Both the position numbers and the translations under genes were made by a program. Positions 27,448 to 35,018 of a stretch of DNA of 63,526 nucleotides are shown piece after piece; position 1 is the stretch's first letter, and every line of letters begins with the position of its first letter. Origin of the DNA: an archaeon (GTDB lineage: Archaea; Iainarchaeota; Iainarchaeia; Iainarchaeales; 1-14-0-10-31-34); assembly GCA_043815885.1 (NCBI GenBank), contig JBDRIL010000005.1:1-63526 (forward strand), read 5' to 3'. A model generated the notes under the pieces. That model made no database searches and was not told the DNA's origin. It saw only the letters and a program-made list of their open reading frames with translations.

Positions 27448-27989
27448 TAACTTTCCTCCTTCTTTTCTTTCCCCGTTTTTTCTTCCGTCTTATTTTCTGG
27501 TTTCTTTTTTTCTTCAGCCTTTTTCTCTTCATTTTCTTCTTTTGCGCCACTGCTTTTTTCAAAAGCGGTGTTTTCTCTTTTTTCTTCACTCTTCTCTTTG
27601 CTTTTTCCTTTCCCCTCTGCTTCTTCTTTCGCTTTCAGCTTGATTTTTTTTCTCTTAAACCTTTTATCGTCCTTCAACTCCAAATCAGTTATCATGAGAT
27701 TTGATGCCTTGAATGGAACAAGTATCTCTGTTCCGTCAGCCTTTTTTCGGACCATTTTTTCAATGAAAATAACTCCCTTCTTATAATCGACCTTTGTCAC
27801 TTTCCCGCTCTTTTTCTTTTTCTTTCCCCTCATTATCTTTACAGTGTCACCGCTCCTTACAGCCAGACTTCTCTGATTCAATTCTTTCTTCAAACCCTTG
27901 CTTAAGTGAGCTTTAAGCAAACCTCTTTTTTCATGCAGTGAACTTTCATACAGCTTTTTTCTCTGCTTTGATGGTTTTTTGCTCTTCAT
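27447..27989 (-). CDS. rpl24: Ribosomal protein uL24 with ~60-aa K/E-rich C-terminal extension
   Basis: 180 aa. The KOW domain is VRSGDTVKIMRGKKKKKSGKVTKVD. The tail is ...RENTAFEKSSGAKEENEEKKAEEKKKPENKTEEK. Confidence 0.85.
   Translation of the reverse strand: MKSKKPSKQRKKLYESSLHEKRGLLKAHLSKGLKKELNQRSLAVRSGDTVKIMRGKKKKKSGKVTKVDYKKGVIFIEKMVRKKADGTEILVPFKASNLMITDLELKDDKRFKRKKIKLKAKEEAEGKGKSKEKSEEKRENTAFEKSSGAKEENEEKKAEEKKKPENKTEEKTGKEKKEES
27539..27576 (-). repeat. In-frame palindromic-core repeat (single core) in the uL24 tail
   Basis: The plus strand reads cttttgcgccactgcttttttcaaaagcggtgttttctc. Confidence 0.8.
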
Positions 27990-28001
27990 TTTAATTTTCT
28001 C

Positions 28002-28400
28002 CTAAACAATAACAGAAGAAATTCCCGCTATCTTTGGCCATCTCTCTCCCACTTCCTTTGCAATAACCCCTTTTATTTCCGAACCCTTTGGAACTCCTTT
28101 GTCATCCACCAGCACTATTGCATTATCTTCAAACTTTACTCTTCTCCCATCAGCTCTTCTGTACTCCTTCTTAACTCTAACGATTATTCCTCTTTCAACC
28201 TTCTTTCTTATCTCTGGTTTTCCTTTCTTTACCACTACATTCACCATGTCTGCAATTCCTGCTTTTGGATGCATTCTCTTTTTTCCCTTGAATCCAAACA
28301 CACTTATTATCTCCACTATCTTTGCTCCGCTGTTGTCTGCACAGACACACTGTGATTTCTGGCTTAAAGATTTTACTGGGAAAGCGCTCAATGCCTTCAT
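28002..28400 (-). CDS. rpl14: Ribosomal protein uL14
   Basis: 132 aa. CADNSGAKIVEIISV...AIVLVDDKGVPKGSEIKGVIAKE. Confidence 0.9.
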   Translation of the reverse strand: MKALSAFPVKSLSQKSQCVCADNSGAKIVEIISVFGFKGKKRMHPKAGIADMVNVVVKKGKPEIRKKVERGIIVRVKKEYRRADGRRVKFEDNAIVLVDDKGVPKGSEIKGVIAKEVGERWPKIAGISSVIV

Positions 28401-28687
28401 TTTCTTTCAACCTCTGTCACTACAAAACTCTTTGTTTTGCTTATCTTTCTGGTTTCTCCTATTGTAACCATATCGTTTTCTTTTGCATTCATGCAAGGAG
28501 GGTTATGTGCCTTAATCCTTGACTTTACCTTCTTGTATCTCTCGTACTTGGGGACCTTTCTGATGATTTTTCTTTCCACTGTAACCATCGTGTTTCCTTT
28601 TGCATTAATTACCCTGGCCTTGAATACATTGCCCCTCACTTTTAGGTTTCCGTGAACAGGGCAGTTCTTGTCCTTGCATTCAACCAT
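28397..28687 (-). CDS. rps17: Ribosomal protein uS17
   Basis: 96 aa. CPVHGNLKVRGNVFKARVI...YKKVKSRIKAHNPPC...GETRKISKTKSFVV. Confidence 0.85.
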   Translation of the reverse strand: MVECKDKNCPVHGNLKVRGNVFKARVINAKGNTMVTVERKIIRKVPKYERYKKVKSRIKAHNPPCMNAKENDMVTIGETRKISKTKSFVVTEVERK

Positions 28688-28985
28688 TTTTTTTCCTCCT
28701 GAAAAACAACTTTATTCTTTCTTCTGGTTTTCCAACCAGATTTCTTCCCTCAACACTTATTTTTTTTCCTCCAACAAGAAACTCTAAGTCCGCTTCCTTT
28801 TTCGGAAGAATTTTTTCCTCTCCTTCCTTCTCTTCAATCACCAATGTGTTTTTTGTTTCCTTTATCACTTTTCCTCTCATCCCTTCCTTGTTCTTGTCAC
28901 ATGATTTTATTGCCTTTACCTTTAATCCATTCAATTCATGCGCAATAATGTTCTCCTTATTTATCAAGTATTTTTTATACATCAA
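28680..28985 (-). CDS. rnp1: RNase P protein component 1 (Rpp29/Pop4)
   Basis: 101 aa. HELNGLKVKAI...GKVIKETKNTLVIE...GKPEERIK. Lies in the conserved position between SUI1 and uS17. Confidence 0.75.
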   Translation of the reverse strand: MMYKKYLINKENIIAHELNGLKVKAIKSCDKNKEGMRGKVIKETKNTLVIEEKEGEEKILPKKEADLEFLVGGKKISVEGRNLVGKPEERIKLFFRRKKNG

Positions 28986-29277
28986 TTAATTCCTCTTTGT
29001 ATCCCTGCATTAAGAGTATTTCCTTAATGTTTTTCTTGTGGTTTCCTTGGAGTTCTATTTCGTTTCCTTTTACCGTGCCTCCACAGGCAAGCTTTTTCTT
29101 CAATATCTTTTCTAATTCCTTTGCTCTTTCATGGCTCTCCAATCCGCTGATGCTTGTCACCAGTTTTCCAAATCTTCTTCTTCCCACTCTCACCTTTATC
29201 TGTTCTGCTTCCTTTGCCATTTCTCCGCAACTACACAGCTCTTTTGGAAGCCCGCAAACCGGACACACCTCATTCAT
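28975..29277 (-). CDS. sui1: Translation initiation factor aIF1 (SUI1)
   Basis: 100 aa. N-terminal CPVCG...CSC, then IKVRVGRRRFGKLVTSISGL...KLACGGTVKGNEIELQGNH. Confidence 0.85.
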   Translation of the reverse strand: MNEVCPVCGLPKELCSCGEMAKEAEQIKVRVGRRRFGKLVTSISGLESHERAKELEKILKKKLACGGTVKGNEIELQGNHKKNIKEILLMQGYKEELIDV

Positions 29278-29504
29278 TTTTCTTCTTTCACCTCTCCTTT
29301 AGTTTTTTCTTTTTCATTAATAATGGTTAATATTCTTGCAATCGTTTTCCTCATTTTCTTTATCTTTCCAGGATTCTCTGATCTAGTGCCTGAAGAGATC
29401 AATGCCTTTTCTTTGGCTAGATCTGCCTTTATCCCAATAATCTTTTCACTTAACTCTTCCGCAGCCATCCCCCTCATGTCTTTCACGTTCAACTTTACGG
29501 CCAT
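29274..29504 (-). CDS. rpl29: Ribosomal protein uL29
   Basis: 76 aa. MRGMAAEELSEKIIGIKADLAKEKA...IKKMRKTIARILT. Confidence 0.8.
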   Translation of the reverse strand: MAVKLNVKDMRGMAAEELSEKIIGIKADLAKEKALISSGTRSENPGKIKKMRKTIARILTIINEKEKTKGEVKEEK

Positions 29505-29510
29505 TATTCA

Positions 29511-30485
29511 TCACTTTTTTTCTTTTCCTTTCTCCTTAGCCTTTTCTGCTATCTCTTTCTTTTCCTTTTTTTCTTCCGTCTTATTTTCTGGTTTCTCTTT
29601 TTCCCTTTTTTCTTCAGCCTTTTCTTCTTTTTTGCTACTGCTTTTCTCAGGGACAGTTTTTTCTTCTTTTGCGTCACCGCTTTTTCCAACAGCGGTGTCT
29701 TCCTTTTTTTCGTTTGTCTTTTCTTTTTTCTTTTCCTTCTCATTTTTTTCTTTCTTATCCTCAGTTTTTTCTTCTTTAGCTTCTTCCTTTTTCTCTTTCT
29801 TTTCTTCTTTTCCTTCTGCTTTTTCCTCGATTTCTTCTTTTCCTTTCTCCTGCGTTTCTTCTGCTTCTTCCACTTTTTCTTCCTTTTTCAGGAATTCCTC
29901 TATTTTAAACTTATCCGGAAAGAGTGTTCCTGGCTTAACTATCTTTACTTTTATTCCTATGATTCCAAACTTCGCGTTTGCAGGGGAAATCCCGTAATCA
30001 ACCAATCTTGCTTGATCGCCCACCTTCTTCATATATCCTTCAGCTATCCTTTGCTTTCTTTTTCTGCTTCCCTTTCCTCCCAGTGCTCCTGAAAGCAATA
30101 GTTCTGTTCCTACTGCTCCTGCCCTCATGATGTCTTTGATTGCTCTGTATGCAACACTCCTCCAGCTGAATCCTCTCTCAATCAATTTTGATATCTTGTC
30201 AGCCATTGCTTGTGCGTCAAGTTCAGGCACTTCTATTTCCTTTATCTCTATTTGAGGGTTATCTATCTTGAATCTTTCTTCAATTTCTTTTGTAAGGCTC
30301 CTGATGTTTGTTCCTCCCTTTCCTATCGCTAAACCAGGCCTGGTTACATTAACTATTATTCTTGTCACAAGTGGGGTCTTTACTGTTTCAAGTTTTGTAA
30401 ATCCTGCCTTCCCTAACTCTTTCCTCAAATACGTCTCTAGTTCTGCTTTCTTTATTCCCTGAGTGATAAAGTTTCTTTCAATCAA
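29511..30485 (-). CDS. rps3: Ribosomal protein uS3 with ~128-aa K/E-rich C-terminal extension
   Basis: 324 aa. The KH domain is VNVTRPGLAIGKGGTNIRSL, with LSGALGGKGSRKRK. The extension starts at ~aa 197 (nt 29511-29897) and includes EDTAVGKSGDAKEEK and KPENKTEEK. Confidence 0.9.
   Translation of the reverse strand: MIERNFITQGIKKAELETYLRKELGKAGFTKLETVKTPLVTRIIVNVTRPGLAIGKGGTNIRSLTKEIEERFKIDNPQIEIKEIEVPELDAQAMADKISKLIERGFSWRSVAYRAIKDIMRAGAVGTELLLSGALGGKGSRKRKQRIAEGYMKKVGDQARLVDYGISPANAKFGIIGIKVKIVKPGTLFPDKFKIEEFLKKEEKVEEAEETQEKGKEEIEEKAEGKEEKKEKKEEAKEEKTEDKKEKNEKEKKKEKTNEKKEDTAVGKSGDAKEEKTVPEKSSSKKEEKAEEKREKEKPENKTEEKKEKKEIAEKAKEKGKEKK
29667..29700 (-). repeat. Diverged in-frame palindromic-core repeat (EDTAVGKSGDAK) in the uS3 tail
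   Basis: The plus strand reads cttttgcgtcaccgctttttccaacagcggtgtcttcc. The inverted repeat CACCGCT/AGCGGTG is perfect. Confidence 0.7.
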
Positions 30486-30956
30486 TTATTTTCCCTCCGC
30501 TACCACTATCTCCAAATGAGTTGATTTCCTCTTCCTTCTCTTTCCTGAAATATGCCCTTTTGATTGGTGGGAAACCCTTGAAAAACCCTTGGAAGCAAAA
30601 AAATGTATTATCAGCAAATTCTCTGAATTTAGTCCCTTGTAGTCTGCATTGGCTTTAGCGCTTTCAAGCAATTTCAGCATGATCTTTGCAGTATTTTTTG
30701 GATATCTTCCTGACTTAGTGAATGAAATACTCCTTCCTTTCCTGTGTGCAACCTTTTTATTGTATCTCCTTAATGGAAGGAATTCCTTTTTATCAATCAC
30801 GTTCTGAAAAAATTTTTCTGCCCTGCTTACTTTCATTCCCTTTAATTCCCTTGCAAATTCAGTGGAATACTTCAATGAACACCTTGCATTTGACAGAATT
30901 GCCTTTGCAATCTTTTTCTCATCCTTTATTTCGTAATTGTATTTTCTCTTTACCAT
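30486..30956 (-). CDS. rpl22: Ribosomal protein uL22
   Basis: The track ORF (to 31025) overlaps uS19 by 59 nt. The ATG at 30956 (MVKRKYNYEIKD...) gives a 156-aa protein. It has ...ARCSLKYSTEFAREL and GKRRKRKSTHLEIVV. Confidence 0.85.
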   Translation of the reverse strand: MVKRKYNYEIKDEKKIAKAILSNARCSLKYSTEFARELKGMKVSRAEKFFQNVIDKKEFLPLRRYNKKVAHRKGRSISFTKSGRYPKNTAKIMLKLLESAKANADYKGLNSENLLIIHFFASKGFSRVSHQSKGHISGKRRKRKSTHLEIVVAEGK

Positions 30957-30966
30957 TAATTCACCT

Positions 30967-31371
30967 TTACTTTCTTGCAGTGATTGCAGTACTGCTTCTT
31001 GTTGCACCGATTCCTGCCTTTCCATGCATTAATCTCTTTCTTGTAAGTACTAATTCCCCTAAATAATGCCCGAGCATTTCTGGTTCTATTTCCCTTATCT
31101 CAAAACTGTTTCCCCTGTATATTGCAAACTTTAATCCAATCATTGCAGGCATTATAATTGTATCCCTTTTGTGGGTTCTTATCGCTTTAGGGTGTTTTCC
31201 TTCCGTCAATTCCTTTTTTGCTTTAGCTACCTTCTTCATTAATTGTTTATTGAATCCTTTCTTCAAGCTCTTTTTTGCCCTTGAAGTAAGCAGCCCAGCA
31301 AACTCTTCCAGACTCATTTCATTTAATTCATTTATTGTTTTTCCCCGGTAAGTAAACTCTTTTCTAGCCAT
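30967..31371 (-). CDS. rps19: Ribosomal protein uS19
   Basis: 134 aa. IRTHKRDTIIMPAMIGLKFAIYRGNSF...GHYLGELVLTRK. Confidence 0.9.
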   Translation of the reverse strand: MARKEFTYRGKTINELNEMSLEEFAGLLTSRAKKSLKKGFNKQLMKKVAKAKKELTEGKHPKAIRTHKRDTIIMPAMIGLKFAIYRGNSFEIREIEPEMLGHYLGELVLTRKRLMHGKAGIGATRSSTAITARK

Positions 31372-31380
31372 TTATTTCAT

Positions 31381-32106
31381 TCACCCTTTCTTCTTTCTTC
31401 CCGTCCTCTTTGAAGCAATTGCTCCAACCTTTCTTCCTGGAGGCGCGTGCCTTGAAACAGACTTGCTCTTTCCTGGATGATGCTGGCTCCCTCCAAACGG
31501 ATGGCTTGGAGGATTCATTGCTACGCCCCTGACTATTGGATAAGGCCTGCTTAAAGACTTCATTAAATGAAATGCTTTTCCTGCCTTAACCAATGGTTTC
31601 TCTTTTCTTCCTCCTCCTGCAGCATTCCCGATTGTTGCCCTGCATTCAGGCAATAAAGCAATTGTTTTCCCTGAAGGCAGTTTCAAGTAAATTCTTCCCT
31701 TTTCCTTTGACCCAACCAATGCATAAGATCCAGCACTCCTGATAAACTTCCCTCCGTCTCCAGGAATCAATTCAATGTTAAAGACAGGGCATCCTTCTGG
31801 GAGTTCTCTAACAGGAAGCACATTCCCTATATCTATTCCTGCCTTTTTTCCATACTCCAGTTCCTGCCCCTCAACCAATCCTTCTGCAGCGATAACTATT
31901 TCCTTCTTCTTATTCTCAAATAAGACCTCTGCCAATACTGCTGTCTTGCCTCTGTCATTCAGTACTCTGATGATTTGTCCTTTAATGACTCCTTCTTTTT
32001 GTTCATCATCATAGGAAATATAATTTACATCAAATGCAGCATTCTGTGTTGCCTTAAAGGTCGGAGAACCTTTTCCCCTTCTCTGGCTCTTCAATCTTTT
32101 TCCCAT
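31381..32106 (-). CDS. rpl2: Ribosomal protein uL2
   Basis: 241 aa. GRIYLKLPSGK...VRGVAMNPPSHPFGGSQHHPGKS. Confidence 0.95.
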   Translation of the reverse strand: MGKRLKSQRRGKGSPTFKATQNAAFDVNYISYDDEQKEGVIKGQIIRVLNDRGKTAVLAEVLFENKKKEIVIAAEGLVEGQELEYGKKAGIDIGNVLPVRELPEGCPVFNIELIPGDGGKFIRSAGSYALVGSKEKGRIYLKLPSGKTIALLPECRATIGNAAGGGRKEKPLVKAGKAFHLMKSLSRPYPIVRGVAMNPPSHPFGGSQHHPGKSKSVSRHAPPGRKVGAIASKRTGRKKKG

Positions 32107-32385
32107 TTACAATACACCCAATTTAATTGCAATATCCCCTGCCTTGAATCCCTTGCTTATCTTTACTATTGCTTTTTTTCTTCCCTTCATGTCCTTTATT
32201 ACCCTTACACTATCCACTTTTGCTTTATACAATCTCTCAACAGATTCCTTTATCTCTTTCTTTGTTGCCTTCTTGTTCACAATAAAACAAATCTTGTTCT
32301 CTGCCTCAATCATGTTCACTGCCTTCTCCGAAATCAATGGATAAAGCACTACTTCATAATCTTTCAGGCTTACTTCTTTTTTCAT
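32107..32385 (-). CDS. rpl23: Ribosomal protein uL23
   Basis: 92 aa. YPLISEKAVNMIEAENKICFIVNKKATKKEIKESVERLY. Confidence 0.85.
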   Translation of the reverse strand: MKKEVSLKDYEVVLYPLISEKAVNMIEAENKICFIVNKKATKKEIKESVERLYKAKVDSVRVIKDMKGRKKAIVKISKGFKAGDIAIKLGVL

Positions 32386-33188
32386 TTTCTCTCTCCTAAT
32401 GCACTTATCGCTGACTCAGTCCATAAGGTAAGCCTTCCTGCCTTTGTTCCAGGAGCAAGCAGTTCTGCATTCAGGTTCTTTTCTTGCACAACATCAATTC
32501 CCTCTATATTCCTTGCAGCCCTGAATACTGAATTCTCTTTTCCTGTAACAATTAAGATACTCTTTCTCCGCTTATACTTTCTTCCCCTTCTCTTTCCCTT
32601 TCCTGCCCTGATTTTTCTCTTCTCCTTTGCTTTCTCGACATCATCCCATAAACTCAGTTTCTTTAATACTCCTGCGACTTCCTTTGTCTTCTTCAATGAA
32701 GCAAACTTTTCTTCCACGACCAAAGGCAATTCAATTCCTTCATTTATTCTGTGCCCTCTTCCCTTCACTAATTCCTTTCTTGTTGTTGCAGCAATCGCTG
32801 AATCCAATGCCTTTCTTTTTTCCTTTTTATTGATTTTTTCCTTTAATTTTTTTTCAACTTGAGGCGGATGAGCTTTTGGGCCCTTCACTGCCCCTGATAT
32901 TCCTGCAACTCTTCCATACAACAATTCCCTTCTGTCCTTTGTTCTTGGCCTTCTTGCCCTTCCTACATTAATTGTTCTCCTGAATTGCGGTTTTTTTCTG
33001 CATCCAACATATTCAGCAGTAGTATTCCTTCCTGCACGAGGGTTGGGAGACTTTGGCTGTCTTCTTGCTGACTGAATTGAAAGAACTGCTCTCTTAATTA
33101 AATCCGGATGAAATGCTGTATCAAATACTGGAGGAAGTTCAACTTCCTTCAATCTCTTCCCTTCCATTGAAAGAACCGCTGCCTTCAC
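32382..33188 (-). CDS. rpl4: Ribosomal protein uL4
   Basis: 268 aa. ...RRQPKSPNPRAGRNTTAEYVGCRKKPQ...GRVAGISGAVKGP. Confidence 0.85.
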   Translation of the reverse strand: MKAAVLSMEGKRLKEVELPPVFDTAFHPDLIKRAVLSIQSARRQPKSPNPRAGRNTTAEYVGCRKKPQFRRTINVGRARRPRTKDRRELLYGRVAGISGAVKGPKAHPPQVEKKLKEKINKKEKRKALDSAIAATTRKELVKGRGHRINEGIELPLVVEEKFASLKKTKEVAGVLKKLSLWDDVEKAKEKRKIRAGKGKRRGRKYKRRKSILIVTGKENSVFRAARNIEGIDVVQEKNLNAELLAPGTKAGRLTLWTESAISALGERK

Positions 33189-34189
33189 TTTGCTTCAACC
33201 CCTGCTTTTGTTCCAACAAAACTTATATCCATTAAATTGGATTTCTTTTCCTCTGTTTTCCTTATGGGTTCCCTTAATGCAATGCATCTCTTTACTATTC
33301 CAGGAGTCGAACCACTCAAAACCAAAAAATCATTCTTTATTATTCCATAATAAGGAAAGCCTCCTTTTGGATTGACGGAATCAGGTTTATTGCCCAGCAT
33401 TATTACTCTCTTATTGTATTCAGTTCTGTTATGATAACCCATTTGCCCTGGCCTTGCAACTGTCCACATTACTGTTGACGGGGTCCAGGGGCCAATACTT
33501 CCAACAATCCTTCTCTTCTTTGCTTTGGGCCTGTGCATCTTTACTCCAAACCTCTTGATTACTCCCTGAAATCCCTTTCCCTTTGTTACTGCTTTCACGT
33601 CAACAAATTGCTTTTCCTTGAATACCTCTTCCAGCTTCAATTCCTTTCCAAGTTTATCCTTTGAAAATGCAAACTGTCCTTCAACCTTCCCGCTCAAATG
33701 AATTTCACTTACCTCCGGCTTCTTTTTTCCTATTCCAGTTGAGTGAGGCTGTGTATGAACCAACAACCTTATTTCACTTGTTTCCCCCAATGAATTCTCT
33801 ATTTCCTTTAAATCGTGCTTGCTCTTCTTTCTTCCAATTGATTTAATTCTCTTCTTTAAATGCTTTTCAGTTTTTTCAGTCAACACTTCTTTCAGTGTCT
33901 TTAATCCAGAAGTAGTTTTCTCATAAGCCCTTACTCCAAATACCTTCAATGGAGGGCATTCAATTATAGTGCATGGAACAGACAACTCGCTTCCATACGT
34001 GACAGAAGCAGAATGTGCATTCTTTCCAATTACGTGAGTCATTCCTGCCTTATATCCAAAAAAATTAAGCGGTTTCACTTCTTCTGTTTTAGTTTCAGGC
34101 ATTGAGCTGAAGCTAGGCGTTTCTCTCTTTGCCCTTTTTCTCGGGTAATAGGCAAGAGAACCACTCCTCGGCTTATGCTTTTTTCCCAT
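33185..34189 (-). CDS. rpl3: Ribosomal protein uL3
   Basis: 334 aa. KPRSGSLAYYPRKRA...FGYKAGMTHV...TKGKGFQGVIKRFG...GQMGYHNRTE. Confidence 0.9.
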   Translation of the reverse strand: MGKKHKPRSGSLAYYPRKRAKRETPSFSSMPETKTEEVKPLNFFGYKAGMTHVIGKNAHSASVTYGSELSVPCTIIECPPLKVFGVRAYEKTTSGLKTLKEVLTEKTEKHLKKRIKSIGRKKSKHDLKEIENSLGETSEIRLLVHTQPHSTGIGKKKPEVSEIHLSGKVEGQFAFSKDKLGKELKLEEVFKEKQFVDVKAVTKGKGFQGVIKRFGVKMHRPKAKKRRIVGSIGPWTPSTVMWTVARPGQMGYHNRTEYNKRVIMLGNKPDSVNPKGGFPYYGIIKNDFLVLSGSTPGIVKRCIALREPIRKTEEKKSNLMDISFVGTKAGVEAK

Positions 34190-34396
34190 TTAACACTTTC
34201 ACCAAGCTAAGCTATGAATGCAAAAAAAACTATTCCAAAAAAGCTTCAAAACAAGCTTTCTTGACAGCATTTATGTTTTTTTGGGCTTCCCCAAAAACAC
34301 AGTTTACTGCCACAAACAGTAATAATATTATTGAAGAAAAAACCTATTTAAATGCTTCGCTCAAGCATTTTGAACATTTTTTCCATTACGGGAGAA

Positions 34397-34410
34397 AAAT
34401 ATTTAAATAG
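34397..34410 (+). promoter_or_regulatory. TATA-like box (AAATATTTAAATAG) ~21 nt upstream of the 34431 ATG
   Basis: Seen directly. A second TTTAAATG-type box lies at ~34344-34352, which could serve either divergent direction. Confidence 0.35.
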
Positions 34411-34430
34411 GATAGGACTAGCTTATACCT

Positions 34431-34979
34431 ATGGGTTTTATTGGTTCAATAATGAAGTACAAGTTCTCGATATTCATAGTTTTTGTTCTTCAATTCATTA
34501 GTTTAATTTTTTCAAGAGCAAAACTCTTGGGAGAAAAAGAATTATTTATTGGCCCAATGTTATCAACTATTTTTTTCATTTTAATTCTTGTTTACTTTGT
34601 TTACTTAGGATGGAGAGCAGTAAAAAAATCTAATTATACTTTAAAGGATGCAGGAATGGTTGGATTAGGTGTTGGCATAACCAGCAGCATAATTCTTGGA
34701 ATAGTTTTGATAATAATAGCATTTATTTTATCCTTTGGATTAGTCGAATTAGGACAAAGCCTTGGATTCATCTTTGGGGAGGCAGCCTCTCAGTCAGGTC
34801 AACAACTCACTGGTCAATCAGGAGGAGCTATTGGAGGCGCAGTTGGGGCTTTCTTCGGGGTGCTGTTCTTAATAGTCGCAGTCATTACTGCAATCCTAAA
34901 CATAATAGTTTACGCAATAATTGGATTCATCTTTTCCTTTTTAGGCGGATTCTTAGCAAATAAATTAGGAAGGAAATAA
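34431..34979 (+). CDS. Hypothetical polytopic membrane protein, Gly-rich loop
   Basis: 182 aa with ~4-5 hydrophobic segments and a GQSGGAIGGAVGAFFG segment. No family recognised. Confidence 0.4.
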   Translation: MGFIGSIMKYKFSIFIVFVLQFISLIFSRAKLLGEKELFIGPMLSTIFFILILVYFVYLGWRAVKKSNYTLKDAGMVGLGVGITSSIILGIVLIIIAFILSFGLVELGQSLGFIFGEAASQSGQQLTGQSGGAIGGAVGAFFGVLFLIVAVITAILNIIVYAIIGFIFSFLGGFLANKLGRK

Positions 34980-35018
34980 CTTTGCAAAAATAAAAAAAAA
35001 GAAAATCAGTGAAGGAAT

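Noticed and set aside
27398-27589. Alternative-frame minus-strand K/R-rich ORFs. Examples are 27398-27589, 29549-29743, 18364-18561, 8862-9044, 28195-28410 and 2711-2902.
   Set aside because: They are entirely nested in, or overlap, strong ribosomal protein genes in a different frame. They are a compositional artefact of purine-rich sequence.
30957-31025. N-terminal 23 codons of the track ORF 30486-31025 (uL22).
   Set aside because: This part overlaps uS19. The internal ATG at 30956 (MVKRKYNYE...) fits the operon spacing and the usual uL22 N-terminus.
34190-34430. The 241-nt spacer between uL3 and the plus-strand membrane gene, examined for an ncRNA (5S, SRP or RNase P RNA fragments).
   Set aside because: It is AT-rich with only TATA-like boxes and short HindIII-type palindromes (AAGCTT twice). 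I could find no extended helices. It is interpreted as a divergent promoter region.
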